A stretch of 64,000 nt of DNA from Candidatus Rariloculaceae bacterium. Lineage in GTDB: Bacteria > Pseudomonadota > Gammaproteobacteria > Steroidobacterales > Rariloculaceae. Made by a program: the position numbers and the translations under genes. The stretch spans positions 325,604-389,603 of the forward strand of contig JBJKYL010000017.1 in assembly GCA_045561055.1 (NCBI GenBank). Reading direction: 5' to 3'. Numbering within the stretch: the stretch's first letter is position 1; every line of letters begins with the position of its first letter. This document shows positions 1-9,508 of the stretch, in pieces. The notes beneath the pieces were generated by a model. The model did not search any database. It had not been told where the DNA came from and worked only from the letters and a program-made list of their open reading frames with translations.

Positions 1-1638
1 AGCACGGTAGTTAACACCGTCAAAATTTCGGACATTTCGAAACACAAATTCGTAACCGAACAACTCCCATCGGTCACCAGGTCTTGCGCTACGATCAGTT
101 TCGATCGTATAACTCGAAGTGATAGTGGCTCCCAGAATAAAAATACCAACACCGAGATGTGCGAGCGTCATACCCCACTGCGCAAGCGAAAACGGCGTGG
201 AAGAAGAGCTTGACGATACCAACCGTCGGACCGGATCAAAAAGCGCTGAGACCACAACCCATAACCCGACCATGACACCCACCATCGTCAGGGAACTTGC
301 CGACCCAAATGCCACCCACGGTATAACGGCACCGATAACGCCAGCAAAGCCGGCGGCGACCGCGAGTTTCCGTATAAGCGTCTCCCCGCGCATGCTCTTC
401 CATGTTGCGTGCATCCCAGCTCCAACGAACAAACCCAACGGAAGCCCTGGTATTAAGAACACCGTATTAAAGTACGGTGGCCCAACAGAAATTTTACCGA
501 GCCCCATTGCATCCAAGAACAACGGATACAAGGTACCAAACAAAACAGCCATAATGGCAACTACGAGCAAAATATTGTTTAGTAGCAAAAAGGCCTCGCG
601 CGACACTAGCTTAAACCCGCCCTCGGTTTCCATACGACCAGCGCGTAGCGCATATAAGACTAATGAGCCGCCGCTGATAACGCCGAGTAATACAAGGATG
701 AACAATCCTCGTGCTGGATCTGACGCAAACGAATGAACCGATACCAGAATACCGGAACGAACAAGGAAGGTACCGAGTAGGCTGAGAGAAAACGCTAGTA
801 TAGCGAGCAGAATGGTCCAACTTTTGAACAAACCGCGCCGCTCGGTCACGGCAAGTGAGTGTATTAAAGCAGTACCGGCAAGCCACGGCATAAACGAAGC
901 ATTTTCAACTGGGTCCCAGAACCACCAGCCACCCCACCCAAGCTCGTAGAAAGCCCACCAACTGCCAAGCGTGATACCGACAGTCAGAAACATCCAAGAG
1001 GCCAACGCCCACGGCCGTGTCCATCGTGCCCAGTCTTTATCGAGACGCCGAGTCAATAAGGCAGCGACAGCAAAAGCAAACGGAACCGCAAATCCAACAT
1101 AACCAAGATAGAGAACCGGCGGATGTAATGCCATCGCTGGATCTTGTAACAGCGGGTTGAGATCATTGCCATCGAATGCCGCGGGTAAAAGTCGCTCGAA
1201 AGGGTTCGAGGTTAGCAGCGTGAACAGCAACAAACCGCAGCTCACTATCCCCAATACCCCTAATACGCGGGCAACAAGCTGCTCGGGAAGCGATCGGCTC
1301 AAAACCGCAACAAGCAATGTCCAAATTGCAAGAATCATTATCCACAGTAAGAGGGAGCCTTCATGTCCGCCCCAAATTGCCGCGAATTTATACACGGCAG
1401 GTAATGCGGAATTAGAATTATACGCAACATAAAGAACACTAAAATCATTACTCAAAAATGCATTGGCAAGAACACAAAAAGAAAGAGCAACAAAAACAAA
1501 TTGACCAATAGCTGTCGGTCGCGCAAGCGCCATCCAATCAGCACGCTCGTAAGCGGCTCCAGCGATCGGGATTATCGCTTGTATAAAAGCAAGCGATAGC
1601 GAGATCGCCAGCGCTAACTGCCCAAGCTCTGGAATCAT
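1..1638 (-). CDS. ccmF: Cytochrome c-type biogenesis heme lyase CcmF (N-terminal ~546 codons; gene runs off the window at position 1)
   Basis: Absent from the ORF track because it has no stop inside the window. My minus-strand translation from ATG 1638-1636 gives MIPELGQLALAISLSLAFIQ... and the tryptophan-rich signature WAFYELGWGGWWFWDPVENA (reverse complement of ~905-965). The ATG overlaps the ccmE stop (ATGA). The + ORFs 119..736 and 1157..1432 are antisense shadows. Confidence 0.9.
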   Translation of the reverse strand, partial: MIPELGQLALAISLSLAFIQAIIPIAGAAYERADWMALARPTAIGQFVFVALSFCVLANAFLSNDFSVLYVAYNSNSALPAVYKFAAIWGGHEGSLLLWIMILAIWTLLVAVLSRSLPEQLVARVLGVLGIVSCGLLLFTLLTSNPFERLLPAAFDGNDLNPLLQDPAMALHPPVLYLGYVGFAVPFAFAVAALLTRRLDKDWARWTRPWALASWMFLTVGITLGSWWAFYELGWGGWWFWDPVENASFMPWLAGTALIHSLAVTERRGLFKSWTILLAILAFSLSLLGTFLVRSGILVSVHSFASDPARGLFILVLLGVISGGSLVLYALRAGRMETEGGFKLVSREAFLLLNNILLVVAIMAVLFGTLYPLFLDAMGLGKISVGPPYFNTVFLIPGLPLGLFVGAGMHATWKSMRGETLIRKLAVAAGFAGVIGAVIPWVAFGSASSLTMVGVMVGLWVVVSALFDPVRRLVSSSSSSTPFSLAQWGMTLAHLGVGIFILGATITSSYTIETDRSARPGDRWELFGYEFVFRNVRNFDGVNYRA

Positions 1639-2075
1639 TCGGACTTAACCATACCCGCAGCCGCGAGCGCGTCAGCTACCTCTGGTGACATGTAGTTCTC
1701 ATCATGCTTAGCAAGCACTTCATCGGCTATGAAGCTACCGTCAGCCATAAGCTGGCCGCGAGCGACAACACCCTGCCCTTCTCCGAAAAGATCCGGTAAA
1801 ACGCCTGTATAGCTGACTGGCATGGAATAAGCGTAGTCGGTCAGAACAAAGCTCATCGTTAGACTGCCCGGCTCCCGTTGCACACTATCCTCGACAACCA
1901 TGCCCCCAAGCCGGAAAGCTCGTGCAGTCGGTGCTTCACCAGCAACGACTTGGGTTGGGCTAAAGAAGAACAACAGGTTCTCCTGAAATGCTCGTAGCGC
2001 AAGCCCCGCAGATAAGCCAACACCAGCCAAGACAAGGCCTACCAGCAAGAGTCGCTGACGGCGTCCCGCCCTCAC
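1635..2075 (-). CDS. ccmE: Heme chaperone CcmE
   Basis: 146 aa with a single N-terminal membrane anchor (LLLVGLVLAGVGLSAGLAL) and the C-terminal heme-binding motif LAKHDENYMSPEV. ATGA overlaps with ccmD and ccmF. Confidence 0.93.
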   Translation of the reverse strand: MRAGRRQRLLLVGLVLAGVGLSAGLALRAFQENLLFFFSPTQVVAGEAPTARAFRLGGMVVEDSVQREPGSLTMSFVLTDYAYSMPVSYTGVLPDLFGEGQGVVARGQLMADGSFIADEVLAKHDENYMSPEVADALAAAGMVKSE

Positions 2076-2260
2076 CGATTTGTCCGTACAACCGGGCGCC
2101 GGTCGTTTGATTTAGATATCGCCATTTTCCGCGCTGTAGTTAACATGTGAGCATGCCGGCGCCGAGCAAACCAAATGTTCAAAACAAGCACTACAAGTGT
2201 AATACCGTAGGCCGTCCAAACGTAGGCTGCATAGCCACCCATGCTCAAGAACTCAATCAT
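2072..2260 (-). CDS. ccmD: Heme exporter protein CcmD
   Basis: The track ORF is 2072..2293. I prefer the internal ATG at 2260 (MIEFLSMGGYAAYVWTAYGITLVVLVLN...). It forms an ATGA overlap with the ccmC stop and gives the usual ~60-aa single-TM CcmD. Confidence 0.8.
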   Translation of the reverse strand: MIEFLSMGGYAAYVWTAYGITLVVLVLNIWFARRRHAHMLTTARKMAISKSNDRRPVVRTNR

Positions 2261-3009
2261 TTTACATCCTCCACCACCAACTGCTGAACCCAACGCGTTG
2301 CCTTTTCGCGCTCAAGCACTTCACCTTGCAAGCGAGTCAAAACCAGCCATGCGAAAAAAGCCGTAAATCCTACGATATTGATCAGTAGCGGGATCAGCAT
2401 CGCGGTATCGATCGACGGGGAATCGAACTGTGCAATTGTCGGGCCTTGGTGCAGTGTGCTCCACCATTCGACCGAGTAATGAATGATTGGTACATTAATG
2501 ACGCCAACAACGGCCAAAATAGCGCTGACTCGATCTGCTTTGTCCCGATCGTCAAACGCCAGTCGCAAGACCATGTAACCAATAAAAAGAAACAAGAGTA
2601 GTAATTCAAATACAAGTCTTGCATCACCCCATTCCCAATAGGTTCCCCACATCGGTTTGCCCCAAACAGCACCGGTCACTAGCGCAAGTAAGGTAAACGA
2701 TGCGCCCACCGGCGCAATACTAACCGCTACCGCGTGGGCGAGTTTAATGCGCCACACAAAGCCGATCCCAGCGGTACTGGCTAACACAACGTAGGCGAGC
2801 ATTCCAATATAAGCAGTCGGTACATGAACATAGATAATTCGAAACGCTTCGCCCTGGAGATAGTCTGGTGGAGCGAGAACAAGTCCCCCATATGTGCCGA
2901 CGAACATGAGCACGAGGCTCACGACCGCAAGCCACCGAGACCATCGTTGCGCGAATCGATAGAAGTGCGGCGGCGAGGCGAAAGAGTGAAACCATCGAAC
3001 GAATCCCAC
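2257..3009 (-). CDS. ccmC: Heme exporter protein CcmC
   Basis: 250-aa polytopic membrane protein with the tryptophan-rich motif WGKPMWGTYWEWGDARL. Position between ccmB and ccmD. Confidence 0.92.
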   Translation of the reverse strand: MGFVRWFHSFASPPHFYRFAQRWSRWLAVVSLVLMFVGTYGGLVLAPPDYLQGEAFRIIYVHVPTAYIGMLAYVVLASTAGIGFVWRIKLAHAVAVSIAPVGASFTLLALVTGAVWGKPMWGTYWEWGDARLVFELLLLFLFIGYMVLRLAFDDRDKADRVSAILAVVGVINVPIIHYSVEWWSTLHQGPTIAQFDSPSIDTAMLIPLLINIVGFTAFFAWLVLTRLQGEVLEREKATRWVQQLVVEDVK

Positions 3010-3019
3010 AGCACACTCC

Positions 3020-3685
3020 CTATTCTAAACCGACTCGCAAAGCCGCTGCGCAGGCTAGCGGCCCGATCGAAGCGGACAACACAGCAAACGCGGCTAAAAG
3101 GTACAACGGACCTTGAGTCGGCTCACTATGAATCGCCAGGTCAGTAACGCGCGCACCGAAAATCAGTACAGGTGAGGTTAAGGGTAATACCAAAAGACCA
3201 ATGATCGCCCCACCGCCGCGTACGCTCACGGTCAATGCGGCGCCGAGCGCAGCCAAAATGCTCAAGGTTGGCGTCGCAAGTAATAGCGCTAACATCAAAA
3301 CCTTTAACGATTCAGCAGGAACATGGAACGACAGAGCAATGATCGGTGTAATAACAATAAGTGGTACACCACTCACTATCCAGTGAGCCACTATCTTCGC
3401 CAGCGCGATTAACGCTAGCGGAGCGGGACTGAGCGTTAGTTGTTCCATGCTTCCGTCCTGCACGTCAGTGCGAAATAAGCCATCCAGAGCAAGAAGAGAG
3501 GATAGCAGCGCTGCTATCCACAAAAAACCTGTCCCCGCGGATTGCAACAGTTCCTCATTTGGCGATAACGCTAAGGGAAATAGCGATGCGACGATAGTAA
3601 AAAAAATCAACGGGGTCGCACGTTCACCCCAGCGCCTTGATGATAGACGAAGATCGCGACCTAAGACTAGTATCACCGTACTCAT
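3020..3685 (-). CDS. ccmB: Heme exporter permease CcmB
   Basis: 221-aa hydrophobic protein with about 6 TM segments. It starts immediately after the ccmA stop, in the canonical ccmABCDEF order. Confidence 0.88.
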   Translation of the reverse strand: MSTVILVLGRDLRLSSRRWGERATPLIFFTIVASLFPLALSPNEELLQSAGTGFLWIAALLSSLLALDGLFRTDVQDGSMEQLTLSPAPLALIALAKIVAHWIVSGVPLIVITPIIALSFHVPAESLKVLMLALLLATPTLSILAALGAALTVSVRGGGAIIGLLVLPLTSPVLIFGARVTDLAIHSEPTQGPLYLLAAFAVLSASIGPLACAAALRVGLE

Positions 3686-4309
3686 TTAGAGCTCAACCTC
3701 AACCGCGACTTTTCCCGAAAGATTATCGGCAAGATGCGTTGCGACGACAGCAGTACCCCCCGATTCCGCATGGGAGGCGAGCCAGCCTGCCACTATCTTA
3801 GTACCAGCAGCATCAAGATTCGTAAAGGGTTCGTCGAGCAACCACAATTGCGCTTGACGTAATCGCATACAACCGAGAGCGACCCGCCGTCGCTGACCAG
3901 CAGACAGGTAACGCACTTGGCTGTCAGCTAAAGCCGCCAAACCGAGCTCTTCAAGTAACGCCGCGACAGGGCTATTAGTCATCCATAACGATCGATAGAA
4001 CTCGAGGTTCTCGACAACAGTAAGATCCTTTTTCAGTCCCTCGAGATGTCCCTGATAGACAATTGCTATACGGGCTTCCGGGGTAAATATACGAACGTCC
4101 TTGCCTCGCCAGGTCACTATCCCTTTAGCAGGAAGAGATAGCCCTGCCAGGATCCGTAACAACGTTGTCTTACCCGTACCGTTTCCACCAGTAATAATTG
4201 CGATCTCGCCACCCTCAAGCTCGAAACTCAGGTTAGAAAAAAGGCGGTTTTCCCCGCGCCAAATCTCAAGCGCGCTGACGTTTAAACCGGCAGTGGAGAA
4301 TTCGCTCAA
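3686..4309 (-). CDS. ccmA: Heme ABC exporter ATP-binding protein CcmA
   Basis: 207 aa with Walker A GGNGTGKTT, ABC signature LSAGQRRR and Walker B LWLLDEP. First gene of the ccm operon. Confidence 0.92.
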   Translation of the reverse strand: MSEFSTAGLNVSALEIWRGENRLFSNLSFELEGGEIAIITGGNGTGKTTLLRILAGLSLPAKGIVTWRGKDVRIFTPEARIAIVYQGHLEGLKKDLTVVENLEFYRSLWMTNSPVAALLEELGLAALADSQVRYLSAGQRRRVALGCMRLRQAQLWLLDEPFTNLDAAGTKIVAGWLASHAESGGTAVVATHLADNLSGKVAVEVEL

Positions 4310-4437
4310 GGTCAGATCCGATGATTCAATACGATGCGGCGGCTATTTTCGCCTCTGAGGGGTCAATTGCAAGTAAATCAATAGCGATAATTCTAGGGGC
4401 GAACACATCTCAATTCTATTAACTTATAGATTGTCAG

Positions 4438-4451
4438 ATTGGTTAACCAAT
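4438..4451. promoter_or_regulatory. Perfect 14-bp palindrome ATTGGTTAACCAAT in the ccmA / TonB-receptor divergent intergenic region
   Basis: Read directly from the sequence; it is its own reverse complement. The binding protein is unknown. Confidence 0.25.
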
Positions 4452-4600
4452 CCGGGGAATTCGAAAGAAACACCTCTCGCTATGCAACCCGCCCTCGAAT
4501 TCGTTGTTTATTTGCAACGATCGAATTGTTCTAAGCAATCTATAGGTACTGTTATTACCTAAAATAATCGTGGCGTAAAAGCCAAATAAGCTAGAATTTC

Positions 4601-4617
4601 TTAACAACAGTTGTTAA
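4601..4617. promoter_or_regulatory. Perfect 8-1-8 inverted repeat TTAACAAC-A-GTTGTTAA about 80 bp upstream of the TonB-dependent receptor start
   Basis: Read directly. Its position is typical of an operator. No regulator is encoded nearby. Confidence 0.3.
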
Positions 4618-4699
4618 CCTCCACCTACCTAAAGTAGTTATTACCAATAGTTTTGAGATTGTTGTCACTGTAACTCCATAGTTTTAAAAGGGGAACTTG

Positions 4700-7600
4700 A
4701 TGTCTAGATATCCATTTCTGGCAGCCACAACCTTGTTGCTGTATTCGTTAACATCACTATCTGTAAATGCCCAAACCCCCGACGCCGGTCCGCTCGAGGA
4801 AGTGGTAGTGACAGGCTCGTATCTGTATACAGGTATCGATTCCCCATCACCAGTTTCAGTGGTTGATGGTGAAGATATTATGGTCGAAGCGCCGCATGAT
4901 TTAATGCAGTTCTTCTTTTCTAATGTTCCGCAAAACTATAGCGGTGACACGGGAGCGCAGACCGGCTCCAACTCTCAGCCCAGACTCCGGGGCGGTGGCC
5001 GATCCTCTAATCTAAATTTACGCGGTATCGGTGATGAGAACACACTGACTGTGCTGAATGGCAGACGGACTATCCCGTCAGTCATTGACGGTCAGGGATG
5101 GCCGACGGTAGACATCAACTCGATGGTGCCTCGTATAGCTATTGGCCGTGCGGAAATTCTTCTCGACGGTGGTTCAGCGCTGTTCGGATCTGATCCGGTA
5201 GCCGGCGTGGTGAACTTCATCACCCGTAATGACTTCCGTGGCTTCGATTTCTCATTGGACACAAAAATCAATGAAACGGTCCCCGATGCTAAAAACTATA
5301 CGTTTGGTGCGCTCTGGGGTGCCGGCGACGATGAGACCAGCGGGATACTTTCGGTTGAGTTTATGCAGAGCGACCGGATTAATATTTATGACATCGAACT
5401 TAAGGGAGATACCGACCCTGACGTAACACCCGAGTTCGGGACCGGTCTCGGGAATCTTAGTGGGTTGAACTTTGATGCTCCAGGTATGGGTACGTGGGTT
5501 GATCCCGATTGCGGTAACCCAGCCATTGGAGCACCGATTTTAGCTGGCTATCCAAGCTATAACGACGGGGATTTTGATCGTGAGGCCGATAACAGGTGGG
5601 TAAACGCCCCCGGAAGCAATGCTGCTATAGAGTGTTCTTGGCCATCAGGATTTAATCCCGGCATGGCCGTTCAGCATGATATGTCACAAATCGTCCTTTT
5701 CGCATCTGGCACTCATCGTTTCAGTGATCTACTCACCGCCGGGATTGAAATCAATTACGGTCGTACACGTATTGAGGAAATGGACCTAATGGGCGACAAC
5801 CTAGCAAGAAGCTGGGCTAAGCCGCCGATGGTATTGGGCGCAGACTACGCAATTCCGGCAACCCATCCAGGACTTCTCCGCGCACAGGCGCTAGATCCGA
5901 AATTCGGTAAGGAGATTGTCTCTATGGGAATGGCGATGGCGTACAACGGCGCAATCTATCAGGAGGGCGAGACTCTACCTTATGGCGTCGGAACTACTCT
6001 GCCGCACATGCCATCTTTTAATCGCTATGACCTCTTTCGAGCGGCCTTGACTCTCGAAGGTTCAATTCCAAACTCTGTTTGGGCATGGAAAGCGGATGTT
6101 TCAGCTGCCTATAATCAGATGGACAATGCCCTTCGAGACATGCTGCTGCAAAACTATCCGTTGGCGATTAACGGCTGGGGCGGGCCTGATTGTGGCGTGA
6201 CAGATATAACTGCCGCGAATAACCCCACACCGGGGACAGGTAATTGTGAGTACTACAACCCATTCATGAGTAACGCAGTGCCTGAGAGCCAAGGGGGTAT
6301 CCAGACCTCTGCTGAATTGCTTGAGTGGCTCGTTCCTAACAGACTCGACACTTTCCACACAGAGTTTGTTAGTGCTGATTTTCTCGTGACAGGTGAGGTT
6401 GGTAATTTGCCAGGTGGGCCAATCGGCGTTGCTGCCGGAGTTGCCTACCGTAAACAAACCCAGAGTCGAGACTCAGATGCAATGAGCAATCTTGCGATGC
6501 TCGCAACGGTTGGCACCTTTAATGACTGGGCTGGTAGCATCTCGGTCGATTCAATTTTTGGTGAGCTTGCGCTTCCTGTAACAGACACTGTAAACGTTCA
6601 GCTTGCTGTTCGAAATGAGTCATACGCATTAGGCTTCGCGGAAACGACTCCAAAAATTGCTGTTAACTGGACTGCTAATGACGATCTGACAGTGCGAGCA
6701 TCATATGGTACTTCCTTCAGAGGTCCTTCTGTCGTTCACGCTCATGCATCTCAGATTATCCAAGGTATGGGTATGCGGTTTGTTAACCAGGCAGGCTCAA
6801 TGTATGGCATGGGTGGTGGGCTGTCCTTCCTGTACGAAATTAGAAACTCTCAGGAGGTAACACCCCAAACCGCGGATAGCTTCTCTCTGGGTTTCGACTG
6901 GGATTTTGCCGACAATCATAGTTTTGGTGGTAGCTGGACGGCATATGATTTTAAGAATCGTATCGTGACCCCGACTGCACCTACAGTGATGATGGGTGAA
7001 GCGTGCCTCAGTCGGGGTGCCGATGGACTACCGACTATTCACCAAGGCGATATTGTCTATGTCCCCGTTTCACAGGGCGGCTGCGGAATCGCATACGATG
7101 CTTCTCAGCCAATCACCTACCCGAACCTGGCGAAAACCGTCGGCATGGTTCAAAACGTCGGTGGGCTGCAAGCGGAATTCCTCGACCTACGAGCTAATTT
7201 CAACTGGGACACTGCTTATGGCTCGATTAGCATTTCGCCTCAGGCAGCTTTCACACTGAAATACCTTTTTGATAATTCGTTTAAGGGCGCTGGGGTAGAA
7301 ACCTTATGCCCGGATTATATGTGTAATGGGATCGGACGGGATATCGGCGCAACTACCGGTATGGGTGGTAGTTTCAACGGCGTGACCTCTATGCCACACT
7401 GGCAAGGAAATATTCCGCTTACCTGGAATATTAATGGAGATCATACAGTTCGCCTTAACGCCAATTATCGTGACGGCTTAAACGCACAGATAGAGGACCT
7501 TAACACTGCAGAGCTCGAAACCTTCAATCATGAAGAAGGATTGTGGACCGTTAACGCAAACTATATCTATAACTTCGGTAACGGTAGTCTGAACTTTTTT

Positions 7601-7705
7601 GTGCAAAACTTAATGGCTACTGAGCCGCCAGCTACCAATGGAAATCGGTTCTTCCGCCGACTACGAGAATATGGTGTGCAATTTAGATGGGGTTTTGATA
7701 ACTGA
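4700..7705 (+). CDS. TonB-dependent outer-membrane receptor
   Basis: About 1001 aa. I use ATG 4700 after the AAAAGGGGA Shine-Dalgarno; the track starts at TTG 4697. Sec signal ...LTSLSVNA|Q, plug-domain opening EEVVVTGSY and NLRGIG, then a long Gly/Tyr/Asn-rich barrel ending ...YGVQFRWGFDN. Confidence 0.88.
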   Translation: MSRYPFLAATTLLLYSLTSLSVNAQTPDAGPLEEVVVTGSYLYTGIDSPSPVSVVDGEDIMVEAPHDLMQFFFSNVPQNYSGDTGAQTGSNSQPRLRGGGRSSNLNLRGIGDENTLTVLNGRRTIPSVIDGQGWPTVDINSMVPRIAIGRAEILLDGGSALFGSDPVAGVVNFITRNDFRGFDFSLDTKINETVPDAKNYTFGALWGAGDDETSGILSVEFMQSDRINIYDIELKGDTDPDVTPEFGTGLGNLSGLNFDAPGMGTWVDPDCGNPAIGAPILAGYPSYNDGDFDREADNRWVNAPGSNAAIECSWPSGFNPGMAVQHDMSQIVLFASGTHRFSDLLTAGIEINYGRTRIEEMDLMGDNLARSWAKPPMVLGADYAIPATHPGLLRAQALDPKFGKEIVSMGMAMAYNGAIYQEGETLPYGVGTTLPHMPSFNRYDLFRAALTLEGSIPNSVWAWKADVSAAYNQMDNALRDMLLQNYPLAINGWGGPDCGVTDITAANNPTPGTGNCEYYNPFMSNAVPESQGGIQTSAELLEWLVPNRLDTFHTEFVSADFLVTGEVGNLPGGPIGVAAGVAYRKQTQSRDSDAMSNLAMLATVGTFNDWAGSISVDSIFGELALPVTDTVNVQLAVRNESYALGFAETTPKIAVNWTANDDLTVRASYGTSFRGPSVVHAHASQIIQGMGMRFVNQAGSMYGMGGGLSFLYEIRNSQEVTPQTADSFSLGFDWDFADNHSFGGSWTAYDFKNRIVTPTAPTVMMGEACLSRGADGLPTIHQGDIVYVPVSQGGCGIAYDASQPITYPNLAKTVGMVQNVGGLQAEFLDLRANFNWDTAYGSISISPQAAFTLKYLFDNSFKGAGVETLCPDYMCNGIGRDIGATTGMGGSFNGVTSMPHWQGNIPLTWNINGDHTVRLNANYRDGLNAQIEDLNTAELETFNHEEGLWTVNANYIYNFGNGSLNFFVQNLMATEPPATNGNRFFRRLREYGVQFRWGFDN

Positions 7706-7732
7706 TAGCTGAATAAAACATATGCTGTATAC

Positions 7733-7767
7733 GGCCGGCTAGCGCTATGCTAGCTGGCCTTTTTTTT
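7733..7767 (+). terminator. Rho-independent terminator of the TonB-dependent receptor gene
   Basis: GGCCGGCTAGC - loop - GCTAGCTGGCC (one G.T pair) followed by TTTTTTTT. Confidence 0.8.
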
Positions 7768-7900
7768 AGCTCCGTCCTACTACGATCCTTGTCACTTTCA
7801 TACGCTCACATTAAGTTAGCTTTGATAGCTCGTGTGTTTAAATCGTGTTAGAGACTATATGGTAGACTTTAGCAGCTCATAACGATTTGAGGATTCTAAG

Positions 7901-8251
7901 ATGAGACAAGCTTCAGGATTCGTTGTACTGTTATTTGGAATGGTAATTTCGGCATGCGGATCCAACTACTCAATAGTTGAGCCACCCCAGCAAGCTCAGG
8001 TAACAGCTGGAGAACAGCCTCCTCTCCAAGAAATAACGCTTAACGTTAAGAGCCTTGCGCTAGCGCCTTCTGCAAACAATGCACTCGCGAGCGACGATCG
8101 TTTGGTCTGCACTAGAGAGAGACGTACCAGTAGCCACATTCCGACCAATCGGTGTCGAACGAAAGCACAACGGCGCGACGAAAGCGAACGCGCCCAAGAA
8201 TGGATGCGCACTCAGGGCGAGTTCGGAAGTGTGAACGTACTCAAAAACTAG
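7901..8251 (+). CDS. Small putative lipoprotein
   Basis: 116 aa. GAGGA Shine-Dalgarno, signal peptide with the lipobox-like LFGMVISAC|G, and a basic C-terminal half. No recognisable family. Confidence 0.5.
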   Translation: MRQASGFVVLLFGMVISACGSNYSIVEPPQQAQVTAGEQPPLQEITLNVKSLALAPSANNALASDDRLVCTRERRTSSHIPTNRCRTKAQRRDESERAQEWMRTQGEFGSVNVLKN

Positions 8252-8382
8252 CTGTCCGAAACCAATATTTACCGTTCTAAAGTGCACGATGGTTTCTATT
8301 TTATGGGTATTGAGTTCTAATAAATCACGAGTACCTTCAACCCTAAGTCGTTAAGCCACGGTTTCCCATTAGATAGCTGCTT

Positions 8383-9135
8383 ATGAAGTCTAGCAATGTC
8401 CGTAACTTCGAACTCTTTTTGGAAAGATGCTCTATTGGGACTTGTGTCTTCATCTTAAACGGTTGTGGAGATGGGGCTCCTATCTCGGCCCCACTATCTG
8501 GCTATATTGAAGCTGCTATTTCGGAACTAGCCCCTTGTCCCACTAGCGAAAACCAAGCCACTTGGAGCGATTGTGTCGGTCGCTATACAGAACCTAACGG
8601 TACAGAATATGTTGGCGAATTTAGTGACGGTCTAGCAAGCGGACAAGGTACTGGGACCGACATCAACGGCAATCAATATGTTGGCGAATGGGTCAATGGC
8701 CAATCCAGCGGTCAAGGCACCATGAGCTTTCCAAATGGCGATCGTTATATCGGCCAGTTCAGTAATGGTGAATTCAGCGGTCAAGGGACCTTTACAAACG
8801 CCGAGGGGGAACAGTGGATCGTTGAATGGAGGAACGGTGCGCCTAATGGTCTAGGCACACAGACTTTCGCCGATGGCAGAGTTTATGTAGGTGAGTTCAG
8901 GGACGGTGAGTTCAACGGTCAAGGAAGATTTACGATACCCAGTGGTACGGAGTATGTGGGTGAATTTAGCAACGGCAAAGCAAATGGCCATGGTACTGTT
9001 ATCGATGCAAACGGAAACCAGTACGTTGGCGAATGGCGGGACGGTGAATTCAACGGCCAGGGGACTCTTACCACGCCGGATGGGGTTGTGTGGGAAGGAC
9101 AGTGGAGAAACAGCGCTTTTGTTGAAGGCAACTAG
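8383..9135 (+). CDS. MORN-repeat protein
   Basis: Tandem ~23-aa units of the form YVGEFSDGLASGQGT, YVGEWVNGQSSGQGT, YIGQFSNGEFSGQGT, YVGEFRDGEFNGQGR, YVGEFSNGKANGHGT and YVGEWRDGEFNGQGT. The exact start is uncertain. Confidence 0.8.
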   Translation: MKSSNVRNFELFLERCSIGTCVFILNGCGDGAPISAPLSGYIEAAISELAPCPTSENQATWSDCVGRYTEPNGTEYVGEFSDGLASGQGTGTDINGNQYVGEWVNGQSSGQGTMSFPNGDRYIGQFSNGEFSGQGTFTNAEGEQWIVEWRNGAPNGLGTQTFADGRVYVGEFRDGEFNGQGRFTIPSGTEYVGEFSNGKANGHGTVIDANGNQYVGEWRDGEFNGQGTLTTPDGVVWEGQWRNSAFVEGN

Positions 9136-9219
9136 ATAAAAAAACGATACGAGATACTTAATAATTCCCGCAACACAATAGTGTAAACATGGGATATGTA
9201 ATCGCTGACTCTTCCTAAT

Positions 9220-9306
9220 TGGTGCCCAGGGCCGGACTCGAACCGGCACGATCTTCCGATCAGCGGATTTTAAGTCCGCTGCGTCTACCAATTCCGCCAC
9301 CCGGGC
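9220..9306 (-). tRNA. leuZ: tRNA-Leu (anticodon UAA), long variable arm, encoded CCA
   Basis: Reverse complement reads GCCCGGGTGGCGGAATTGGTAGACGCAGCGGACTTAAAATCCGCTGATCGGAAGATCGTGCCGGTTCGAGTCCGGCCCTGGGCACCA. Acceptor GCCCGGG/CCTGGGC, anticodon stem GCGGA/TCCGC, loop CTTAAAA. Confidence 0.93.
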
Positions 9307-9315
9307 CTTTATTTA

Positions 9316-9389
9316 TGGAGGCTAGGCCCGGAATCGAACCGAGGTCCGCGGCTTTGCAGGCCGCTGCATAACCACTCTGCCACCTAGCC
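9316..9389 (-). tRNA. cysT: tRNA-Cys (anticodon GCA), encoded CCA
   Basis: Reverse complement reads GGCTAGGTGGCAGAGTGGTTATGCAGCGGCCTGCAAAGCCGCGGACCTCGGTTCGATTCCGGGCCTAGCCTCCA. Anticodon loop CTGCAAA, T-arm CTCGG-TTCGATT-CCGGG. Confidence 0.93.
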
Positions 9390-9508
9390 ATAGGCGCGGA
9401 AATGTAGCACACGTTCTTGATCTTCGCCTATCTCCGCTATTTTTAGATATTGTTTCAGGCTCTGATTCCGCATATATATTTAGATTTTCTCCGCCACCCT
9501 CTCACAAA

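Noticed and set aside
119-1432. Plus- and minus-strand ORFs of 60-205 aa (119..736, 611..886, 1157..1432, 1163..1345)
   Set aside because: They lie inside ccmF, which reads through the whole region on the minus strand with clear family motifs. Their translations are low-complexity antisense or off-frame shadows.
4550-4570. AT-rich segment TGTTATTACCTAAAATAATCG upstream of the TonB-dependent receptor, as a possible Fur box
   Set aside because: It matches the GATAATGATAATCATTATC consensus poorly and lacks dyad symmetry.
8590-9120. Regularly spaced ~69-bp nucleotide repeats that could be mistaken for a tandem-repeat or CRISPR-like array
   Set aside because: The periodicity is the 23-codon MORN unit within one continuous ORF. 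There is no repeat/spacer structure with unique spacers, and no cas genes are in the window.
8851-9300. 149-aa minus-strand ORF beginning MAELVDAADLKSADRKIVPVRVRPWAPI
   Set aside because: Its N-terminus is simply the translation of tRNA-Leu, and the rest is antisense to the MORN-repeat gene. It is not a protein gene.
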